Positions 14,158-21,296 are shown, numbered from the stretch's first letter. The stretch: 32,000 nucleotides of DNA from Halomicronema hongdechloris C2206 (GCF_002075285.3 NZ_CP021983.2:840001-872000), one strand, 5' to 3'. A program made the numbers and translations. The notes: a model not told the origin generated them from the sequence alone.

Positions 14158-16857
14158 ATGGCACATTGGTTTCGGTCACGACAATGGCGATGGGGACGCC
14201 GTCTGCTGCTAGCCCTGATGGCACTGCTGCTGCTGGTGCAACCGGGCATGGCCACGGCTCCTGTCACACCGGTGGAGCCGGCCCTGGTGCAGGGGACATC
14301 GCCCACGACCCTGGAGCAGCAGGCTCGGGATCTGTACGACTCGGGCCAGTTTCTGGCGGCAGCGGCTCACTTTCAGCAGGCAGCCACCGCCTATGAAGCC
14401 CGGGGGGATATCCTCGGGGCGGCCACCCTCTTCACCAATGCCGCCTTAGCCGCCCAACAGGGGGGGGATTGGTCCCTGGCCCAGCGCACCAGTACCCAGG
14501 CCCTGGTCTTAGTGGAGTCGGTGGCTGCGGAGGGGCGTACAGCAGCGGATTGGCTGGCTTTGGGCAGTGCCCTGGATGTGCGATCGCGGCTCTGGTTTAC
14601 CCAAGGGGAAGGGGAGCAGGCGGCCCTGGGCTGGGCTGATGCCGCCAGGGCTTACCAGCAGGCCGGAGCCGTGAAAAAGGCCCATACCAGTCGCCTCAGC
14701 CAAGGCCAGGCCCTACAGGCGGCAGGCTTCTACCGCCGTAGTCTGGAGGTGCTCTCGCGGCTCAGGGACGAACTGGCCTCCCAACCCGACAGTCTTACCG
14801 CCGTGATTACCCGGCGTACCCTAGGAGACGCCCTGCGGGTGACCGGCGACCTCACCCAGGCCGAGCAACAGTTGCAGGCCAGCCTGGCCATGGCCCAACG
14901 GTTACAGCTGCCCGATGCGGTTAGCCTGGCCCAGCGGGGGTTGGGGGATATCGCCAAGTTACGGGATGGCCGGAGTCGTCCCGAGGCAGCCCTGGCTGCC
15001 TATGAGCAGGCCTTTGCCACCGCCCAATCGCCGTTGCCCCAGCTGCAGGCCCGGCTGCAGCAGCTGGATTTGCTGATCACCTCGGGCCAATGGCTAGAGG
15101 CCCATCGCCTGGGGGCACCGCTGTGGGATCTAATCGAGGCCCTGCCTCCGGGACGATCCAGCCTCTACGCCCGCATCGACTTCGGCCGCCACCTAGTGGC
15201 CCTGCGCCAGGCCACGACCCAGGCCCTGACCCAACAGCAGACCCCAGCCCCCTTCTGGTACGTACTCAACAAGAAATTGCCCCCGACCACGGAGATCGCC
15301 ACCCTACTGCTGACGACGCGGCAGCAGGCCCAAACTTTGGGGCATGCCCAGGCAGAGGCCTATGCCCTGGGGGAACTGGCCGCCCTCTACGAACAGACCC
15401 AGCAGTGGGACATTGCCGCCGACCTGGCCCAAGCGGCCCTGGTTTTGGCCCAGAGCCACAACGCCGCCGCCGTGGTCTATCGGCTGCAGTCGCAGCTGGG
15501 GCGAATTCAGCTGGCCCAGGGAGACCGCCGGGCCGCCATCAAGGCCTATAGCGCCTCGGTCGACACCCTGCAGGCCGTGCGCCAGGACGTGGTGGCGGTG
15601 AGTTCTGAGGCCCAGTATTCTTTCCAACAGAGCGTTGAGCCCATCTATCGGGAGCTGGTGACCCTACTGCTGGACAGCGAGGAGCCCAGCCAGGCCGAGC
15701 TGAAGCAGGCCCGGGAAGTGATCGAGTCGTTGCAATTGGCCGAGCTGGATAACTTTTTCCGGGAGGCCTGCCTCAGCGCCGAAACGGTGGAGATCGACCA
15801 GCTGGACACTCAGGCAGCGGTGCTGTATCCGATCATCTTGCCGAATCGCCTGGATGTGGTGATCAGCCTGCCCGATCGGCAGTTCACCCATTTTCCGGTG
15901 TCGATTGATCCCCAGGCGTTCCAGCAGACTCTGGAGCAATTGCAGCAGGCCGTCTCTGACTCCCGATCTGATACCCGATCCGTCGAGGTGCGACCAGACC
16001 CTGGGGCGGTGCCGCCCCTGCTGCCCCCGGCCCAGCAACTCTACGATTGGCTGATCCGCCCGGCAGAAGCGGCTCTGGAAGCCGCCAATACCGAGACCCT
16101 AGTATTTGTGCTGGATGGTCGCCTGCGCGATGTGCCCATGGCCGTGCTCCACGACGGGGAGCAGTATTTGCTGGAGAACTATGCGATCGCATTGACCCCA
16201 GGACTCCAGTTACTGGACCCCCGGCCCCTACCCCACGGCGACCTCAGCGTCATCGCCGCCGGTCTCTCCCAAGTGGGGGAGGCCTCGGCTCGAGAGAATC
16301 TGGGCGGGTTGCCCTTCGTGGAGCAAGAAGTCGAGACGATTCAGCAGTATCTGCCCAGCAACGTGTTGCTGAACCAAGACTTTAACGTCAATAACTTCGA
16401 GACCCAGGTGGGCACCCTGCCCGCTCCCATCGTGCATCTGGCCACCCACGGCAAATTCAGCTCCAGCTTGCAAGACACCTACGTGCTCACCTGGGATGAC
16501 AAACTCACCGCCGATGAATTCAGCAATCTGCTCCTGGCCAGCGAATTGAGTCGCCAGCGTCCCGTAGAGCTGCTGGTGTTGAGTGCCTGCGAAACTGCTG
16601 CCGGGGACGATCGGGCGGTGCTGGGCTTGGCCGGGATTGCCATTCGTTCCGGTGCCCGCAGCACCCTGGCCACCCTCTGGCAGGTGAGCGATCCGGCTAC
16701 GGCTCAGCTAATGGGCCAGTTCTACCAAACCTTGAGCCAGACCCAGACCACCAAGGCCGAAGCCATTCGCCAGGCCCAATTGAGCCTGCTGCATAGCGGT
16801 GACTACAGTCATCCCTATTACTGGGCGGCCTTTGTGCTGGTAGGCAATTGGTTGTGA
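14158..16857 (+). CDS. Exported TPR-repeat / CHAT-domain (caspase-like) protease
   Basis: N-terminal signal peptide RRLLLALMALLLLVQPGMATAP. Ala/Leu/Gln-rich TPR-like helical repeats span about residues 50-500. The C-terminal CHAT domain carries VHLATHGKF (His codon 16447-16449) and LVLSACETAAGD (Cys codon 16588-16590), and ends HPYYWAAFVLVGNWL. A GGAGG Shine-Dalgarno sequence lies 9-13 nt upstream. Confidence 0.9.
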   Translation: MAHWFRSRQWRWGRRLLLALMALLLLVQPGMATAPVTPVEPALVQGTSPTTLEQQARDLYDSGQFLAAAAHFQQAATAYEARGDILGAATLFTNAALAAQQGGDWSLAQRTSTQALVLVESVAAEGRTAADWLALGSALDVRSRLWFTQGEGEQAALGWADAARAYQQAGAVKKAHTSRLSQGQALQAAGFYRRSLEVLSRLRDELASQPDSLTAVITRRTLGDALRVTGDLTQAEQQLQASLAMAQRLQLPDAVSLAQRGLGDIAKLRDGRSRPEAALAAYEQAFATAQSPLPQLQARLQQLDLLITSGQWLEAHRLGAPLWDLIEALPPGRSSLYARIDFGRHLVALRQATTQALTQQQTPAPFWYVLNKKLPPTTEIATLLLTTRQQAQTLGHAQAEAYALGELAALYEQTQQWDIAADLAQAALVLAQSHNAAAVVYRLQSQLGRIQLAQGDRRAAIKAYSASVDTLQAVRQDVVAVSSEAQYSFQQSVEPIYRELVTLLLDSEEPSQAELKQAREVIESLQLAELDNFFREACLSAETVEIDQLDTQAAVLYPIILPNRLDVVISLPDRQFTHFPVSIDPQAFQQTLEQLQQAVSDSRSDTRSVEVRPDPGAVPPLLPPAQQLYDWLIRPAEAALEAANTETLVFVLDGRLRDVPMAVLHDGEQYLLENYAIALTPGLQLLDPRPLPHGDLSVIAAGLSQVGEASARENLGGLPFVEQEVETIQQYLPSNVLLNQDFNVNNFETQVGTLPAPIVHLATHGKFSSSLQDTYVLTWDDKLTADEFSNLLLASELSRQRPVELLVLSACETAAGDDRAVLGLAGIAIRSGARSTLATLWQVSDPATAQLMGQFYQTLSQTQTTKAEAIRQAQLSLLHSGDYSHPYYWAAFVLVGNWL

Positions 16858-17061
16858 TACCTAAACAGTTGATGGATACCTTGCCTAGAAAAGACTTCGG
16901 AAGAATCGGCAGTTGAGCGATCAGCTATGTCCTACAGCATTTCCTTTCTGGGTGAGGTACAGCTTATCCCCTGAGGTCAAGGGTTTCATGGCTATCCTCA
17001 CACCTGACTAGATTCAGAAACGCTGTAAGCTAACCAGCAAATACTGAATTTCACCAAATTG

Positions 17062-17520
17062 TCATGGTTGCTGGCTTGCCTGAATTACTCGTCGGACATT
17101 TCCCAAACAACAGGATCCTTGAGGATTGTTTACTTCGCAGCCACAACGGTTTGCTTTGACATGGGCTGTAATGCTTTCGATTGCAGTGCTGTAACCCGTC
17201 GATATACGCTCGTTGCGGAGGCGCTGCCGGCTCCAGCCAAAGCAATAACAGACCAAGACTTCATCCCCACGATCTTTTTGAAAGATAGATACTTCCAAAT
17301 CCTGAGTAGTGAAGGTATCCCCTTGATTGGAAAAGTAAACAATCGGACAATCTGGAGCATCACAGAAGCGATATTGCCTTTGGGGTTCCAAGCGTGCCAG
17401 AGCAGAGGGTGTGAGCAAACTTTTCAGCGTGATAAGGTGCACTGGCTTGCCTCGCTGCTGGTTCTGAGGACAAGTATACACAGCGTCTTGGGACGACGAT
17501 GAATCACAGCACGGACCCAT
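17062..17520 (-). CDS. Cys-rich metallochaperone-like protein (zf-CopZ, i.e. Archaeoglobus CopZ N-terminal-domain-like)
   Basis: The pattern CP...KPV...T...YRFC....CPIVYF......F....L.V..K......VCYCF...//...CGCEVNNPQGSCCLGNV parallels the A. fulgidus CopZ N-terminal [2Fe-2S]/Zn domain as I remember it. Confidence 0.6.
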   Translation of the reverse strand: MGPCCDSSSSQDAVYTCPQNQQRGKPVHLITLKSLLTPSALARLEPQRQYRFCDAPDCPIVYFSNQGDTFTTQDLEVSIFQKDRGDEVLVCYCFGWSRQRLRNERISTGYSTAIESITAHVKANRCGCEVNNPQGSCCLGNVRRVIQASQQP

Positions 17521-17536
17521 GGCAACGTTCCTCCAA

Positions 17537-17584
17537 TTAGTCGGACGGTTAGTCGGACGGTTAGTCGGACAGCTAGTCGGGTTG
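17537..17584. repeat. 12-bp tandem repeat, about 4 units (TTAGTCGGACGG x2, TTAGTCGGACAG, CTAGTCGGGTTG)
   Basis: Read directly. It occupies the merF / zf-CopZ-like intergenic spacer, and the last unit contains the merF stop codon (17573-17575). Confidence 0.9.
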
Positions 17585-17815
17585 GTTATGGCAATGGCGG
17601 CGATATCGCCAGTATGACCATAGGGTGAGTCCTACGAAGGCTCCTAGTGCAGGGAGCAAGACATAATCCAGATATCCGGCCCAGGCACTTAGCCCCAAAG
17701 CACCTAACATCACCAGCAGAATCGGCGTAAAGCAACAAAGAGCAACCACGGTTGTTCCAATCAGGCTGGCAATCAACCTATTTTTGGGGTTCATTCTGCT
17801 CATTATCCTGCTCAA
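17573..17815 (-). CDS. merF: Mercuric ion transporter MerF. The likely start is one of the internal ATGs at 17803 or 17794.
   Basis: LIGTTVVALCCFTPILLVMLGALGLSAWAGYLDYVLLPALGAFVGLT matches MerF (IGTTLVALCCFTPVLVILLGVVGLSALTGYLDYVLLPAL), including the CC metal-binding pair in TM1. Confidence 0.8.
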   Translation of the reverse strand: MSRIMSRMNPKNRLIASLIGTTVVALCCFTPILLVMLGALGLSAWAGYLDYVLLPALGAFVGLTLWSYWRYRRHCHNQPD

Positions 17816-17972
17816 TCAAGCCACAGACTTTCCCGTTACAAACGGTTTCATCAAGGGCTTCAATGGAATCAGAAATTACGGCCTCAATATGCTCATATCG
17901 ATGCGTTAACTCCCGGCGAAGGGTCAGCATATCTTGAATGTGTTGATCGAGTTCTGCAAGATGTTGCTTCAT
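17778..17972 (-). CDS. Small ORF resembling only the C-terminal dimerisation helix plus Cys loop of MerR-family metalloregulators (no HTH)
   Basis: HLAELDQHIQDMLTLRRELTHRYEHIE...CNGKVCGLIE resembles the alpha5 coiled coil and metal loop of CueR/ZntR/MerR. Its ATGA overlaps the upstream ORF stop. Whether it is coding is uncertain. Confidence 0.35.
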   Translation of the reverse strand: MKQHLAELDQHIQDMLTLRRELTHRYEHIEAVISDSIEALDETVCNGKVCGLIEQDNEQNEPQK

Positions 17973-18166
17973 CTGACTACGACAGAGGGAACACGATGAA
18001 TGCCGTATTGAGCTGCTTTTTCAATACCTTCATCCGGTGCAGATGCTGTGCATAAATCCCAAATCTGCACGTCGCAATTCGAGCAGGCTAGCGCTCGAAC
18101 GAGCTTGACGGTCTCATCACACAGAGGGCATCCTGCGGTAAAAACTTCAACGATACGGTTAGACAT
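17969..18166 (-). CDS. Thioredoxin-fold CxxC protein (Thioredoxin_3-like), possibly C-terminally short
   Basis: IVEVFTAGCPLCDETVKLVRALAC..CDVQIWDL...AAQYGIHRVPSVVV fits small redox-active thioredoxin/glutaredoxin-like proteins. An AGGAGA Shine-Dalgarno sequence lies 9-14 nt upstream. Confidence 0.6.
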   Translation of the reverse strand: MSNRIVEVFTAGCPLCDETVKLVRALACSNCDVQIWDLCTASAPDEGIEKAAQYGIHRVPSVVVR

Positions 18167-18178
18167 TTTGCTTGTCTC

Positions 18179-18195
18179 CTGAACTCTGAGTTCAG
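18179..18195. promoter_or_regulatory. Perfect 17-nt palindrome CTGAACTC-T-GAGTTCAG overlapping the RBS of the thioredoxin-like gene; candidate ArsR/SmtB-type operator or 5'-UTR hairpin
   Basis: Read directly. It has the same CTGAA...TTCAG arm type as the smtA operator inverted repeat (CTGAATC-AA-GATTCAG), from memory. Confidence 0.4.
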
Positions 18196-18208
18196 CCTAA
18201 ACCTTATA

Positions 18209-18226
18209 CTTGACTTCAAGGTCAAG
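18209..18226. promoter_or_regulatory. Dyad CTTGAC-N6-GTCAAG overlapping a TTGACC -35-like hexamer (minus strand) upstream of the metal cluster
   Basis: The minus strand reads GCTTGACCTTGAAGTCAAGTATAAGGTTTAGG. TTGACC and TATAAG/TAAGGT hexamers are present, but their spacing is neither the canonical 17 bp nor the MerR-type 19 bp. Confidence 0.35.
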
Positions 18227-18445
18227 CACTTTCCTGAAACACCTGTCTGAACGCTGTGCCTGAGCGTTGTCAACTGACTCAGGAAACCACTCGGCTTCTA
18301 AGCTATTGCGGCAAGCCTCCTCTATCGAGCCCTAAGGGAACGTTTCGCAGCCCCATGGCTGATGGTGTGTCGATTATGCCATCCCCGGGTGATGCCCAAA
18401 ACCACCTGGGAGCGTTACGGTGATTGCAGCGATATATATAGTAGT

Positions 18446-18507
18446 AGCCAGTCAGCTTCCCTAGACTAGGCAATTAGGCGATCAGCAATGTCCTAAGCTG
18501 ACTGGCT
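18446..18507. repeat. Perfect 13-bp inverted repeat (AGCCAGTCAGCTT ... AAGCTGACTGGCT) with a 36-nt loop
   Basis: Read directly (18446-18458 and 18495-18507). It lies 80 nt upstream of the SBP start, in the divergent intergenic region. Confidence 0.85.
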
Positions 18508-18587
18508 CGCCATCGCACAACACGTTGTGATGGTGACGATAATCGCGATCCCAATGACTCAACCACCATTGTAAGCAGGGGTATTCC

Positions 18588-20333
18588 ATGGCGACGGGCA
18601 GGCAACAGATAAGCGGGGTCGCTGCTGCCATTTTGGTGGCAGGGCTGATGGCCCTGGGGGGCTGTCGCCCGCAGCCGCCAGAGGCCGGGTCGGCCTCGAC
18701 GCCGACCACTGTAGCGCGAGATCTGAGCCAACTACGGCTGCTCTACGGTCGCATCCCTGAGACCCTCAATCCCCACCTGGCCACCGGCGTGCAAGACTTC
18801 GAGGCGGCCCGCATCGTCTACGAACCCCTGGCCAGTTACAACGCTCAAGGGCAGCTGGTGCCGTTCCTGGCGGCGGAGATCCCCACCGCCGAGAACGGGG
18901 GGGTGGCTGCCGATGGCCGCTCAGTTACTTGGCAATTGCGGCAGGATGTGCAGTGGTCTGATGGCGAGCCCTTTACCGCTGCCGATGTGGTGTTCACTTT
19001 CGAGTTCATTCGCAATCCCCAGGTGGCGGCGGCCACGGCCCAGTATTACGATCGGGTAGACAAGGTAGAAGCCATCGACGACCACACGGTCAAGGTCACC
19101 TTCACCCAGCCCAACCCCGCCTGGGCCGTGCCCTTTACCGGCGAGACCGGCCTGATCCTGCCGCGCCACATCTTCGCAGAGCTCGAGGATTCCCAGGTGC
19201 GTCAGGCGGAGGCCAATCTGCAACCGGTGGGCACCGGCCCCTATCAGGTGGTTAGCTTCGGCGGGGGCACGGTGCTGTTTGAGCCCAACCCCAGCTATTG
19301 GGATGGGGAGCCCGCCTTTCAACAGGTGGCACTGCAGGCGGGTCTGGCTCCCTATGCCGCCGCCCGCTCGGTGCTGAAGACCGGGGAGGCTGACTTTGCC
19401 TACAATCTGCAGGTGGATGGCCAGGAGCTGCAGGCCCTGGAACAAGACGGCCAGGGGCGAGTGGTCACCCTCTTCGGCAGTTCTGTGGAACGGCTGATGC
19501 TCAACTTTGCCCATCCCTTTGTGGCCACCGAGGAGGGCGAACGGGCCAATCCTGAGATTCCCCATCCTTTCTTCAGCGATTCCCGGGTGCGCCAGGCCGT
19601 TGCCTATGCCATCGACCGCGATGCGATCGCAACCCAGCTCTACGGCTCCCTCGGTCGCCCCGTCAATCAACTCCTGGTGGCTCCGGCTCGATACAATCAG
19701 GCGATTCCCCACCGCCATGACCCAGAGCAAGCCAAGGCCCTGTTGACGGCAGCGGGCTGGCAAGACAGCGATGGCGATGGCATTCGCGACCGGGACGGAA
19801 ATAATCTGCAGGTGGTGTTTCAGGCGCCGGTGAATCCGGTACGGCAACAGACCCAGGCTCTGATCAAAGCGCAGCTAGAGGCCGTTGGCTTCCAGGTGGA
19901 AATCAAGCGGGTGCGGGTTGACGCCTTCTTCTCCAGCGATCCAGAGGAAACCGATAGCCTCAACCACTTCTACAGCGACCTGCAGCTCTACACCACCGGC
20001 AACGACAGCCCCGACCCCAGCACCTACATGGGCTGGTGGACCTGCGACAACATCGCCTCCCAGGCTAACAACTGGCAGTTGCCCAACAATGCCCGCTACT
20101 GCAACGCCGACTATGACCAGCTCTGGCAGGCCGCCGTGCAGGAGCTGGATCGGGCGGCGCGGACGGACCTGTTCAACCAAATGGACGCTCTCTTAGTGGA
20201 AGAGGTCGCCGTTATTCCTCTAGTGCATCGAGCCTCAGCCAATGCCATCCACGCCAGCCTGGTGGGGGTCAGCCCTACCCCTTGGGATACCAGCACTTGG
20301 GATATCAAACATTGGCGTCGTCAGGATGGGTAA
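18588..20333 (+). CDS. ABC transporter substrate-binding lipoprotein, family 5 (peptide/nickel/opine type)
   Basis: Lipobox LMALGGC. SBP_bac_5-like segments are present (PETLNPHLATG...YEPLASYNAQGQLVPFLAAEIP...DGRSVTWQLRQDVQWSDGEPFTAADVVFTFE). Confidence 0.9.
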   Translation: MATGRQQISGVAAAILVAGLMALGGCRPQPPEAGSASTPTTVARDLSQLRLLYGRIPETLNPHLATGVQDFEAARIVYEPLASYNAQGQLVPFLAAEIPTAENGGVAADGRSVTWQLRQDVQWSDGEPFTAADVVFTFEFIRNPQVAAATAQYYDRVDKVEAIDDHTVKVTFTQPNPAWAVPFTGETGLILPRHIFAELEDSQVRQAEANLQPVGTGPYQVVSFGGGTVLFEPNPSYWDGEPAFQQVALQAGLAPYAAARSVLKTGEADFAYNLQVDGQELQALEQDGQGRVVTLFGSSVERLMLNFAHPFVATEEGERANPEIPHPFFSDSRVRQAVAYAIDRDAIATQLYGSLGRPVNQLLVAPARYNQAIPHRHDPEQAKALLTAAGWQDSDGDGIRDRDGNNLQVVFQAPVNPVRQQTQALIKAQLEAVGFQVEIKRVRVDAFFSSDPEETDSLNHFYSDLQLYTTGNDSPDPSTYMGWWTCDNIASQANNWQLPNNARYCNADYDQLWQAAVQELDRAARTDLFNQMDALLVEEVAVIPLVHRASANAIHASLVGVSPTPWDTSTWDIKHWRRQDG

Positions 20334-20526
20334 TCTCCCGATAGACCTGCTCCAACCGCATCGGCTGGCGGGCGATGAAGTCGATGGGCAGGCCCTCGAA
20401 GCAGGCCAGTAGTTTAACCACCGGTAGGGCCTGGGGCAGCCGAAGCCCTAGCTCGGTGCCAAGCTGAGAGTTTTGTAAAACTAGACGACCACCATAGGCC
20501 TTACAGAGATTTTCGAGCCTTAGCAT
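20305..20526 (-). pseudogene. Probable remnant of an ABC-transporter ATPase (N- and C-terminal ends only, core deleted)
   Basis: The 73-aa ORF starts LRLENLCKAYGGRLVLQN (a typical ABC ATPase N-terminus) and ends MRLEQVYREIT (a typical LE.vF..lT C-terminus). Walker A/B and the signature motif are absent. Confidence 0.35.
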
Positions 20527-20552
20527 GGAAGATGTAAGCCCAGGGGTGAATC

Positions 20553-20750
20553 AACCGTGCTCAAGTCCAGACCTAGAGAGTCACTAGTACACCAAGGCAG
20601 AAGTAGGAAGGCAGAAGGCAGAAAGGGAAATCCTGATAAATGCAGCCTTTCCACACTAGTCAATAGAAGCATAATTTCTGCCACAGAGTACTAGTAGGAC
20701 ACTTGAAGAACTCGAGTCGGACTTGGGATTAACCGCGGTCAAGTCCAGAC
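20553..20750. repeat. Pair of 20-bp direct repeats (AACCGTGCTCAAGTCCAGAC / AACCGCGGTCAAGTCCAGAC, 18/20) bracketing a repeat-rich 158-bp segment
   Basis: Read directly (20553-20572 and 20731-20750). The interior holds three ACTAGT sites, AGGCAGAAG-type repeats at 20595-20630, and the inverted repeat GGCAGAAA (20623-20630) / TTTCTGCC (20674-20681). Confidence 0.8.
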
Positions 20751-20909
20751 TTAAAATTTTCCCCAGAGGGAAAGCTCCAGAGGTGGAGTTGAACTTGGCA
20801 TAACCTCAGCCATGATCCCTACCGACCACCTCGGTAGGACACCATCGGATGAGCCAAACCAAGGGGACGGTGGACATAGGCTGCTCGTATCTTAGCAGGG
20901 AGATTGGTT

Positions 20910-21296
20910 ATGGCTGGCGATCACGACAGTGTCTTGCAGGCAAATACAGCCTTTTATCGGGCCTTCGAAAAGAAGGATCTAGAGGCCATGGCGACCATCT
21001 GGTCCCAGGGGATCGGTAGCCTCTGCGTCCATCCGGGGCGGACGGCGTTACAGGGGTGGGAGGCGATTCGCCAATCCTGGCAGCAGATCTTCAAAAACAC
21101 CCGCTACCTGGAAATCGACATCGACGTGATTTCCGTAGAAGTCTCTGGGGATCTGGCCTATGTGGTGCTGGTAGAAAAGGTGCTCCAGATCGGCCAGGAT
21201 CGCCTAGAAGCCAAATCCATGGCCACCAATATCTTCGAGCGCATGGCCGGCCGCTGGTATTTAGTACACCACCACGGCAGTCCAGTGGTACGCTAG
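20910..21296 (+). CDS. NTF2-like / SnoaL-like (DUF4440-type) protein
   Basis: ANTAFYRAFEKKDLEAMATIWS...VHPGRTALQGWEAIRQSW...GRWYLVHHHGSP is typical of the NTF2-fold DUF4440 family. The ATG at 20910 is preferred over the TTG at 20904. Confidence 0.75.
   Translation: MAGDHDSVLQANTAFYRAFEKKDLEAMATIWSQGIGSLCVHPGRTALQGWEAIRQSWQQIFKNTRYLEIDIDVISVEVSGDLAYVVLVEKVLQIGQDRLEAKSMATNIFERMAGRWYLVHHHGSPVVR

Noticed and set aside
17537-17584. Possible mini-CRISPR array
   Set aside because: The units are contiguous 12-mers without spacers, far shorter than CRISPR repeats, and no cas genes are nearby. It is a simple tandem repeat.
17969-17972. Thioredoxin-like ORF and MerR-tail ORF as one frameshifted fusion gene
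   Set aside because: The junction is a clean ATGA stop/start overlap, typical of translational coupling. No homopolymer or repeat suggests a frameshift. The two are kept as separate ORFs with low confidence for the second.
18196-18230. Classical MerR-type promoter (-35 and -10 separated by 19 bp with a central dyad)
   Set aside because: TTGACC is followed by TATAAG after only 11 nt, or by TAAGGT after 13 nt. No hexamer pair with 19-20-bp spacing is convincing, so I report only a dyad or operator candidate.
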